Assembly: GCF_000021925.1 (NCBI RefSeq)
Contig: NC_011830.1
Location: forward strand, 5,176,723-5,208,722
Source of the DNA: Desulfitobacterium hafniense DCB-2
GTDB lineage: Bacteria > Bacillota > Desulfitobacteriia > Desulfitobacteriales > Desulfitobacteriaceae
Length of the DNA: 32,000 nt
Reading direction: 5' to 3'
The notes under the pieces were generated by a model that was not told the DNA's origin, made no database searches, and saw only the letters and a list, made by a program, of their open reading frames with translations. Both the position numbers and the translations under genes were made by a program. This document shows positions 25,016 through 32,000 of this stretch, one piece after another (position 1 is the stretch's first letter; every line of letters starts with the position of its first letter).

Positions 25016-25804
25016 TCAAAAAAACAGTCCCTTCAGCGGCTCAGTAAGGGAAGTCACGCCGATGATGAAAAGCAATCCATAGACCAGTTTCTTGAATTGA
25101 GCTTCGTTGATTTTCTTTCTAAAAGGCTGACCGGCCACATAGCCAAGGACAACCGCCAAAATCATACTGACGAGGGTGATGCCAAAGGGAAGGGTGAAGC
25201 TTTCCCGAAACACAAGAATTTTTAAAGCGCTGGTCATAGCGTATTGAAAAAAGAAAAAGGTAACGGTGGTTGCCTGGAAGACGTCCTTGGTCAGATGCTT
25301 GATGAGCAGCGCGACAACAGGGGGACCGGGAATGGCCGCCAGGCCGTTGAGCAAACCTGAAGAAAAAGCAACCATGACAAATCCCTTGGAGGATGCATTG
25401 ATATCCCCTTCCTCAGGAACTTTCTTCTCAAGGGCACTGCTTTTGAGTTGCACCCATTGATAGGCAACATAGCCGATAAGGATAATTCCCACCATCCCTT
25501 TTATGTACAGTTCATTCATATACCCACTCAGGACAACACCCAGGGCCAATCCGGGAATCCCTATAAGCAAAAGCCGGAGGACTAAATCCCGGCGGACTAA
25601 GCGCCGCATTTGGAACCCCTGCACCGAGGAACCCATCATGGATAAAATCATTCCCGCCAAAAGAGCTTGTTGGCTGGGCAAAACAAAAAGGAGCAGAGGT
25701 ACCGCCACCAGCCCGAACCCAAACCCTGTCAAAACCTGAATAAAGGTGGCAAAGAACGTAATTCCACTCATGGCGAGCCATAATTCCCATGATAACATCT
25801 CCAC
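25016..25804 (-). CDS. TauE/SafE (TSUP, DUF81) family membrane permease
   Basis: 262 aa with ~8 hydrophobic segments and Gly-rich repeats (LTGFGFGLVAVPLL; GLLNGLAAIPGPPV) typical of the family. Confidence 0.75.
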   Translation of the reverse strand: MEMLSWELWLAMSGITFFATFIQVLTGFGFGLVAVPLLLFVLPSQQALLAGMILSMMGSSVQGFQMRRLVRRDLVLRLLLIGIPGLALGVVLSGYMNELYIKGMVGIILIGYVAYQWVQLKSSALEKKVPEEGDINASSKGFVMVAFSSGLLNGLAAIPGPPVVALLIKHLTKDVFQATTVTFFFFQYAMTSALKILVFRESFTLPFGITLVSMILAVVLGYVAGQPFRKKINEAQFKKLVYGLLFIIGVTSLTEPLKGLFF

Positions 25805-25936
25805 ACAAACACCCTCTTTAATCTAAACTTAATCTATTTATGACCCTCTGCTTTATGAGTATTCCCTTTTCTTCTCTGAATCTTGACAGCATTCCCTGTA
25901 TTTCCTATAGTGAGTTAAGAAGGAAAGGTGATTCTT

Positions 25937-26416
25937 ATGGCTCAAAAAACCAACGCCGCCCGCATCCTCGATCAAGCCGGTATAGCCTATGAATTAATCC
26001 CCTATGAGGTGGATGAAGCGGATCTTTCCGCCACTACCGTCGCCCAAAAGGTAAACATGCCTCCTGAATTGATCTACAAAACCCTGGTAACCCGAGGAGA
26101 TAAAACAGGCATTCTGATCGCCTGCATCCCTGCCCATTATGAGCTGAACCTTAAAGCCCTCGCCCAAGTGAGCGGCAACAAGAAAATGGAAGTGGTTCCT
26201 CTCAAAGAAGTTCAGCCCCTGACCGGTTATATACGGGGAGGGGTCTCTCCTTTAGGAACTAAAAAAAAATACCCCGTCTATTTTCAGGAAGATATGCTCC
26301 AGCACGAGAAAATTGCCGTAAGTGCCGGGACGCGAGGCTTGCAGATCCTTGCTCTGTCTCAGGACCTGCTCAGGATCACCCAGGGCAAGGTTGGGCCCAT
26401 CGCTCATCCTGCCTGA
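25937..26416 (+). CDS. ybaK: YbaK/EbsC-type aminoacyl-tRNA deacylase (Cys-tRNA(Pro) deacylase)
   Basis: TNAARILDQAGIAYE and TGYIRGGVSPLG motifs. Start at ATG 25937, behind RBS aaggaaagg. Confidence 0.8.
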   Translation: MAQKTNAARILDQAGIAYELIPYEVDEADLSATTVAQKVNMPPELIYKTLVTRGDKTGILIACIPAHYELNLKALAQVSGNKKMEVVPLKEVQPLTGYIRGGVSPLGTKKKYPVYFQEDMLQHEKIAVSAGTRGLQILALSQDLLRITQGKVGPIAHPA

Positions 26417-26533
26417 ATCAACATAAATCTTCTCCTCACACCCTGAACTCCCTCCTCTCCTTGTATGAAGACGGACAAGAGGTAAATACTAACCTTATGT
26501 CACTTTGAATTACCAGGGTAAAGGAGAGATTCT

Positions 26534-27622
26534 ATGAGCTTCCGGATTCCTCAGTTCAATCCGCCTGATTTTGACGGTGAGCCTTTGGCAAGTGCTCCCA
26601 ATGCCACCCTTGTCGAAGTCCTTCAGGATGGGGTAGCCCCCGACCATTTCCATGGTATGTCAATCTATCCCGAATACTTTAAAATCAACGGCCAATGGCT
26701 CCTTGCTTCCCAAAGCCGCATGGACGGTGTTCCCGTGCTCATGGAGAACGGCACGATGCAAATCATCGAATTCCGCAATCTGAAAAAAGGCCATAAAGTG
26801 GTGATCGGGCGGACGGAAGATGCCAGTGAAGGCATTTATGTCTATGCCGAAGGTTTTGCTTCCAAGGACAGCAATAGAGATATTTTTGCCTTTCGCTCCG
26901 GCCGTTCCCGGGAGACGGCCTATTCAAAGGATTATAACCATCTTTATGATCTGCTGCGTCACGAAAAAGACAACGGTTATGTGGTCTGGGTGCTGGGACC
27001 TGCCGTGGTTTTTGATTACGACTCCCGGGTGGCCCTGGCCGCCTTGATCGAAAAAGGCTATGTTCACGCCATTTTGGCCGGCAATGCCATGGCCACCCAT
27101 GATCTTGAGGCCGGCATCCTGGGTACTGCTTTAGGGCAAAATATCTACACTCAGGAGTCTCAGCCTAACGGTCATTACAATCATTTGGATATCATCAATA
27201 TGGCCAGAAAAGCCGGGTCACTGGAAAAACTCATTGAAGCTCAGAACCTGAGTGAAGGTGTGGTCCCTGCCGCATTAAATAAGAACATCCCTTTGATCCT
27301 GGCGGGCTCTATCCGTGATGACGGTCCCCTGCCCTCTGTATGGGCCAATGTCTACGCAGCTCAGGATGAAATGCGCCGGCAAACCAAACAGGCCACCACC
27401 CTCATCTGCCTGGCCACCCAGCTCCATACCATCGCTGCCGGCAATATGACACCTGCTTATACCCAGAGGGATGGGCAGCTGCGTCCTGTCTACATCTATG
27501 CTGTGGATGTGGCGGAGTTCACCTTAAATAAGCTGAGAGATCGGGGGTCTCTCGAAGTCACCACCATCGTGGCCAATGTCCAGGACTTTCTCGTCAATGT
27601 CAATAATAATCTTAATGAATAA
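26534..27622 (+). CDS. TIGR00300-family protein (LOR/SDH-like; the family contains archaeal-type ornithine cyclodeaminase)
   Basis: Motifs remembered for this family are present: VLGPAVV, AILAGNAMATHDLE, GHYNHL..IN, LILAGSIRDDGPLP. The N-terminal ~130 aa were not recognised. Confidence 0.55.
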   Translation: MSFRIPQFNPPDFDGEPLASAPNATLVEVLQDGVAPDHFHGMSIYPEYFKINGQWLLASQSRMDGVPVLMENGTMQIIEFRNLKKGHKVVIGRTEDASEGIYVYAEGFASKDSNRDIFAFRSGRSRETAYSKDYNHLYDLLRHEKDNGYVVWVLGPAVVFDYDSRVALAALIEKGYVHAILAGNAMATHDLEAGILGTALGQNIYTQESQPNGHYNHLDIINMARKAGSLEKLIEAQNLSEGVVPAALNKNIPLILAGSIRDDGPLPSVWANVYAAQDEMRRQTKQATTLICLATQLHTIAAGNMTPAYTQRDGQLRPVYIYAVDVAEFTLNKLRDRGSLEVTTIVANVQDFLVNVNNNLNE

Positions 27623-27696
27623 CAACCCTATGCGAATGAAGCCAATTGCATAAGTTAAAACAGAAAAAGGCCCCTGGCCTAGAGGAGGAAAAAAGC

Positions 27697-27855
27697 ATGA
27701 AAGTGAAGATTATCCAATCCCTTCGTCAGGAAGGGCTGGAGCAGAAAATGAATGCCTTCTTTCAAGAGCATGAAGGGAACATCGAAATCATTGAAATCCA
27801 ATGGAAAGCTTTTTTAGAGCATTATGTAATGATCCTCTATAACGAGAAAAAATAG
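27697..27855 (+). CDS. Small protein (52 aa), possibly Cse60-like
   Basis: RBS ggaggagg lies upstream of ATG 27697. Size and pattern (MKVKII...LEQKMNAFFQEHEG.IEIIEIQ) resemble sporulation protein Cse60. The stop is TAG. Confidence 0.45.
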   Translation: MKVKIIQSLRQEGLEQKMNAFFQEHEGNIEIIEIQWKAFLEHYVMILYNEKK

Positions 27856-27884
27856 TCACGAATAAACCATCGTGACTATTTTTA
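27852..27884. terminator. Bidirectional terminator between the small ORF and glnS
   Basis: 9-bp stem atagtcacg / cgtgactat with a 10-nt loop. T-run on the plus side, A-run upstream. Confidence 0.6.
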
Positions 27885-27892
27885 TACACTAA

Positions 27893-29515
27893 TTATATAA
27901 CGAAAGAGCTTTTTAAGGAAACAATTAAATTCAACACTAAGCTTTCCGGGGTGGTATAGTTCGGATCTACATTAAAGTAGCCGTGACGGGGAAACTGGAA
28001 TTTATCCTGGGGTTTGGCCTCTTTCATATAAGGTTCCACAAACCCTTGCCTTATTTCCAGAGAATTGGGATTGATATAATCATCCTGAATTAACGGCTCA
28101 TAGAGGCGAAACTCTGCCGGCACTGCCTGAGTGGCTTCCACCCAATGAATCGTCCCCTTGACCTTGCGGCCGGTAAATCCTGTGCCGCTTTTTGTTTCCG
28201 GATCATAGGTGCAACGAATCTCGATGATCTTGCCCTCATCATCCTTGATGACCTCTTCACACTTAATAAAGTAGGCATCCATCAAACGAACTTCATTGCC
28301 CGGGTAAAGGCGGTGGTACTTCGGCGGCGGGACCTCCATGAAATCTTCCTGCTCGATGTAAATCTCCCTGGAAAAAGGAATCTTGCGTTTCCCCATCTCA
28401 GGGTTCTCTTTATTGTGATCGGCATCCAGCCTTTCCACTTGGCCTTCCGGGTAATTGGTAATGACCACCTTCAAGGGACGGATGACCGCCATGGGCCGGG
28501 ACACTTTGAGCTTCAGATCTTCCCGAATAAAGTGCTCCAGCATTTTGGAATCCACCACACTGTCCGCTCTGGCCACACCAATGGCTTGGGCAAAATTGCG
28601 GATGGCTTCAGGGGTATATCCCCGGCGGCGCAGCCCGGAGATGGTGGGCATTCTGGGATCATCCCAACCATCCACCACTTTTTCGTCCACCAGCTGCTTC
28701 AGCTTGCGCTTGCTCATCACCGTATTGGTCATATTTAAGCGGGCAAATTCATATTGATGTGGGACATGTTCCATCTCACATTCCCGAACGACCCAATCAT
28801 AGAGGGGACGGTGATCTTCAAATTCTAAAGTACAGATAGAGTGAGTTATCCCTTCGATAGCATCCTCTAAAGGATGGGCATAATCATACATGGGGTAGAT
28901 GCACCATGTGTCCCCTGTATTATGGTGGGTGGCATGGGCAATCCGATAAAGGACAGGATCCCGCATATTGATGTTAGGTGAGCCCATATCGATCTTAGCC
29001 CGGAGAACCTTTTCTCCGTCCTTAAATTCACCTTGACGCATTCTCTCAAAGAGCTCCAGGTTCTCGGCCACGCTGCGGTTGCGGTAAGGGCTTTCCTTAC
29101 CGGCCTCAGTCAGGGTGCCGCGGCTTTTTCTAATCTCCTCAGCGGATAAATCACAAACATACGCTTTGCCCTTTTCGATCAGCAGAACGGCTCGCTTATG
29201 CATCTCCGCAAAATAATCGGAAGCGAAAAAGAGGTTGTCCCAGTCAAACCCCAACCACTTGACATCTTCTTTGATGGATTCTACATATTCAGTATCTTCT
29301 TTGACCGGATTCGTATCATCAAACCGCAAATTGGTTTTTCCTTTGAATTCGTCGGCCAAACCAAAGTTCAAACAGATGGATTTAGCATGCCCAATATGCA
29401 GGTAACCATTGGGCTCGGGGGGAAACCGTGTCGTGATTTCTTCTACCTTTCCCTCCCGTAAATCCTCAAGGATAATGCTGCGTAAAAAATTAGAGGATTT
29501 ATTCTCGTTATCCAC
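27893..29515 (-). CDS. glnS: Glutaminyl-tRNA synthetase
   Basis: HIGH motif ([12 protein letters not shown]) and KMSKS variant (VMSKRKL), colinear with GlnRS. GTG 29515 is preferred over the track's TTG at 29524 on RBS spacing. Confidence 0.9.
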   Translation of the reverse strand: MDNENKSSNFLRSIILEDLREGKVEEITTRFPPEPNGYLHIGHAKSICLNFGLADEFKGKTNLRFDDTNPVKEDTEYVESIKEDVKWLGFDWDNLFFASDYFAEMHKRAVLLIEKGKAYVCDLSAEEIRKSRGTLTEAGKESPYRNRSVAENLELFERMRQGEFKDGEKVLRAKIDMGSPNINMRDPVLYRIAHATHHNTGDTWCIYPMYDYAHPLEDAIEGITHSICTLEFEDHRPLYDWVVRECEMEHVPHQYEFARLNMTNTVMSKRKLKQLVDEKVVDGWDDPRMPTISGLRRRGYTPEAIRNFAQAIGVARADSVVDSKMLEHFIREDLKLKVSRPMAVIRPLKVVITNYPEGQVERLDADHNKENPEMGKRKIPFSREIYIEQEDFMEVPPPKYHRLYPGNEVRLMDAYFIKCEEVIKDDEGKIIEIRCTYDPETKSGTGFTGRKVKGTIHWVEATQAVPAEFRLYEPLIQDDYINPNSLEIRQGFVEPYMKEAKPQDKFQFPRHGYFNVDPNYTTPESLVLNLIVSLKSSFVI

Positions 29516-29610
29516 GAATACCAACCTTTCCTAGGGAATCTTATCTCCTACTGTAACGGAAGACCTCTCCAGTAGTGTTACCCGAATTCTCGTCCTTCAC
29601 CCATTGCTGC

Positions 29611-30027
29611 TTATAAATGATAGTCTCCCGCAGCCTCCGGCTGATAAAGAATTTTTTCCACCTTAAAGCGGACGACACCACCGGGAACCTTCCAGTCGAT
29701 GATATCTCCTTCCAGATAGCCCAGAATAGCCGTCCCTACGGGAGCAAGAATTGAAATCTTATCCTCCAGAAGATCGGCATCCTCAGGATACACTAAAGTA
29801 TAGACGGTTTCTTCGCCTGTCTCCAGATCCTTCAGCAAGATTCTGGAATTCATGGTGATGGCATTCCCTGGGATCTTTTCAGAAGGCACCACATCCGCCC
29901 CATTTAACTCATGCTCAAGATCTTTTAAGTAATCCTTGTTTTTAGCGCTGCCAAACTCTCTTTCCTTATTGATAAGTTTGAGCAGACGCTCACGGTCCAC
30001 AGCTGTAATACTGATCTTTCTACTCAT
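29611..30027 (-). CDS. GreA/GreB-family protein, Rnk-like (nucleoside diphosphate kinase regulator type)
   Basis: 138 aa. The C-terminal domain has the pattern ISILAPVGTAILGY.EGD.I.W..PGG of the GreA C-terminal fold, and the N-terminal coiled coil is short. Confidence 0.7.
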   Translation of the reverse strand: MSRKISITAVDRERLLKLINKEREFGSAKNKDYLKDLEHELNGADVVPSEKIPGNAITMNSRILLKDLETGEETVYTLVYPEDADLLEDKISILAPVGTAILGYLEGDIIDWKVPGGVVRFKVEKILYQPEAAGDYHL

Positions 30028-30200
30028 TTCTCCTGAACCTTCCTTTTCTAATGATGAATAGCTAAATATAGAGCGACTATCGCCAGATAGCCGCTGTCAA
30101 AAGTTTATGTACTTCAAAAAAGGGAAAATCACTAAACCATTTTAATTATATACTATTTTCTATAATAAGTAAATGTTAGGCATATTCCCAAAAATAATTC

Positions 30201-30229
30201 TTGAATAAAATGGGAGCGGTAATTATAAT
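30201..30229 (+). promoter_or_regulatory. SigA-type promoter upstream of the glycine riboswitch
   Basis: TTGAAT (30201-30206), a 17-nt spacer, then TATAAT (30224-30229). Confidence 0.6.
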
Positions 30230-30304
30230 TATAGATACAATTCCAGAAAATGCGGTGGCAATCTGGAATTTACGAAAAACTGCATAGGAATGCTGGATGA
30301 GATT

Positions 30305-30465
30305 TACGGGAGAAGGGCACGGCCCGCCGAAGAAGTTGAAACTTTCAGGTGACTGGAATAAGTCAGGGACCGTAAATTGACAGCACTCTGGAGAGACTCG
30401 ATTAGAGCGCCGAAGGGGCAATACAATGACGTGTTGTTAAATCTCTCAGGCAAAAGGACAGAGAA
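30305..30465 (+). promoter_or_regulatory. Tandem glycine riboswitch
   Basis: Aptamer 1: CGGGAGAA...CCCGCCGAAGAAG...CAGG...GGACCG. Aptamer 2: CTCTGGAGAG...GCGCCGAAGGGGCAA...CTCTCAGGCAAAAGGACAGAG. Followed by a terminator and a glycine/alanine symporter gene. Confidence 0.85.
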
Positions 30466-30522
30466 GGAACAGGGACTGCTACAGAGCAATCTCTTACTTT
30501 TGTACCTATCGTCCGAATATTC

Positions 30523-30553
30523 AGAGTCAATCGCTAAGGATTGACTCTTTTTA
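30523..30553 (+). terminator. Riboswitch-controlled intrinsic terminator
   Basis: 10-bp stem agagtcaatc / gattgactct with a 6-nt loop, followed by TTTTT. Confidence 0.75.
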
Positions 30554-30642
30554 TATATAAATTGCCATCCTTTTTGCGGGAGGCTGCCGCAACGGAGATG
30601 TGCAGAGAGATGCGAAAAGAGAGATTAAAGGAGGAACACTCA

Positions 30643-32000
30643 ATGGATGCCTTGCATAATTTTATCGTCTGGCTGAACGACTATCTCTGGGGCCCACCGA
30701 TGCTTGCTTTGCTTTTTGGCACGCACTTATTCCTTACGTTTCGTACTCGTGGTATTCAAAGGCATATTTTTAAGGGGATCAAATTATCTCTTACGAAGGA
30801 TCCTGATGCCAGCGGCGATGTGAGCCAATTCGGAGCTCTGACCACCGCTCTCGCCGCTACCATCGGAACCGGTAATATCGTCGGGGTAGCTACGGCCGTG
30901 GCTTTAGGCGGCCCCGGTGCCGTACTTTGGTGCTGGCTCACCGGGGTATTCGGAATTGCCACCAAATATGGGGAGGCCTTATTGGCGGTGAAATACCGGG
31001 TTAAAACCGCTGACGGCACCATGCTGGGCGGCCCTATGTATGCTTTGGAAAGAGGCCTGGGCCAGAAGTGGCTGGCTGTACTCTTCTGCATCTTTACTTC
31101 TATTGCCGCCTTTGGTATTGGCAATATGACTCAGGCTAATTCTATTTCCGGCATGCTGAATTCTCAATTTAACGTCAACCCTATCATTACCGGTCTTCTC
31201 TTAGCTTCCCTCACTGGAATTGTAATCATCGGCGGAGTGAAGTGGATCGCCCGGGTCTGTGAAAAATTTGTCCCCTTTATGGCGATTGCCTATGTCCTTG
31301 GTTGTATCATTATCCTGATTATAAACGCCTCCTATGTCTGGCCCGCCATTGTCTTGATCTGTGAATCGGCTTTCACCCCCACTGCAGCCGGCGGCGGATT
31401 CGTCGGTGCCAGTATCATCATGGCCGCCCGTTACGGGATTGCCAGGGGTCTTTTCTCCAATGAATCCGGTTTGGGTTCCGCCCCCATCGTCGCTGCCGCC
31501 GCTCAGACCAGGAATCCTGTCCGTCAGGCTCTCGTCTCGGCCACCGGTACCTTCTGGGATACCGTTGTCGTCTGCTTAATGACCGGTCTGGTCGTGGTCA
31601 GCAGTGTCCTTAGCAACCCGACCGCCGCCGAAGGGTTAAAAGGCGGTGATTTAACTTCTATGGCTTTTAGCCAGATTCCAGTAATTGGCCCTATCGTTTT
31701 AACCTTCGGGCTTTTGACCTTTGTTTTCTCTACCATCCTGGGCTGGTCTTACTATGGTGAAAGAGCTGTGGAATACCTCTTTGGCAAAAAAGGCATCCTC
31801 CCTTACCGCCTCCTCTGGGTTCTCGCTGTTTTAGCCGGTTCTTTGGTCACTCTGCAATTCGTCTGGGATTTGGCGGATGCAATGAACGCTATGATGGCTA
31901 TTCCCAACCTTGTGGCACTCCTTCTTTTAAGCGGAGTTATTGTCTCGGAAACCAGGAAGTATCTATGGGAAGATCGTCTGGATGAAGCCTCTGATGAGCC
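30643..32000 (+). CDS. Sodium:alanine/glycine symporter (AGCS family), partial; continues past the right edge
   Basis: Not in the ORF track because it has no stop in the window. Manual translation gives MDALHNFIVWLNDYLWGPPMLALLFGTHLFLTFRTRGIQ...GALTTALAATIGTGNIVGVATA...GLFSNESGLGSAPI..., which are hallmark AGCS motifs. RBS aaaggagg. Confidence 0.88.
   Translation, partial: MDALHNFIVWLNDYLWGPPMLALLFGTHLFLTFRTRGIQRHIFKGIKLSLTKDPDASGDVSQFGALTTALAATIGTGNIVGVATAVALGGPGAVLWCWLTGVFGIATKYGEALLAVKYRVKTADGTMLGGPMYALERGLGQKWLAVLFCIFTSIAAFGIGNMTQANSISGMLNSQFNVNPIITGLLLASLTGIVIIGGVKWIARVCEKFVPFMAIAYVLGCIIILIINASYVWPAIVLICESAFTPTAAGGGFVGASIIMAARYGIARGLFSNESGLGSAPIVAAAAQTRNPVRQALVSATGTFWDTVVVCLMTGLVVVSSVLSNPTAAEGLKGGDLTSMAFSQIPVIGPIVLTFGLLTFVFSTILGWSYYGERAVEYLFGKKGILPYRLLWVLAVLAGSLVTLQFVWDLADAMNAMMAIPNLVALLLLSGVIVSETRKYLWEDRLDEASDE

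Noticed and set aside
30176-30489. Two minus-strand ORFs (81 and 61 aa)
   Set aside because: They lie antisense across the promoter and the tandem glycine riboswitch, and the conserved RNA motifs explain the sequence.
30756-31736. Minus- and plus-frame ORFs of 60-120 aa inside 30643..32000
   Set aside because: They are alternative-frame shadows of the uninterrupted AGCS symporter reading frame.
1-32000. CRISPR arrays, rRNA genes, prophage or defence-system gene sets
   Set aside because: I saw no regularly spaced direct repeats, no rRNA-like sequence, and no phage structural, restriction-modification, toxin-antitoxin or cyclic-nucleotide-signalling genes among the ORFs.

Overview
This is a Firmicute chromosomal window. 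From my recollection of the tRNA-Pyl and PylSc sequences it looks like Desulfitobacterium hafniense; no database search was possible. The left ~18.7 kb is almost entirely minus-strand. Read 5'->3' on that strand it holds: (1) a sigma-54-promoted methyltransferase operon (corrinoid protein, methyl-THF methyltransferase, a non-Pyl MttB paralog, then a true mttB with an in-frame UAG), with a divergent PAS/sigma-54 activator gene; (2) an intact IS4-family element; (3) a cytoplasmic alkaline-phosphatase-superfamily enzyme; (4) a LysR regulator divergent from a reduced eut operon (eutP-eutL-adenosyltransferase-eutN-eutB-eutC-eutA); (5) the pyrrolysine cassette pylT-pylSc-pylB-pylC, which runs off the left edge. 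The right ~12 kb holds an orphan AAA/DUF4143 ATPase, a lipoprotein, lysA behind a lysine riboswitch, a TauE-type permease, ybaK, a TIGR00300 (LOR/SDH-like) enzyme, a small Cse60-like ORF, glnS, an Rnk/GreA-like factor, and a tandem glycine riboswitch in front of a partial Na+/alanine-glycine symporter. Observations most worth follow-up: the UAG-recoded mttB; frequent UAG stops, including pylB itself and an eutB UAG that is in frame with eutC; a tRNA-to-ORF junction of only 5 nt with no Shine-Dalgarno sequence; and a ~105-130 nt structured element present twice in inverted orientation, once abutting pylT and once inside the lysA leader, with a compensatory base-pair change and a hairpin-shaped insertion. 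No CRISPR array or rRNA was seen. All protein calls rest on motif recognition and memory of families, not on searches.
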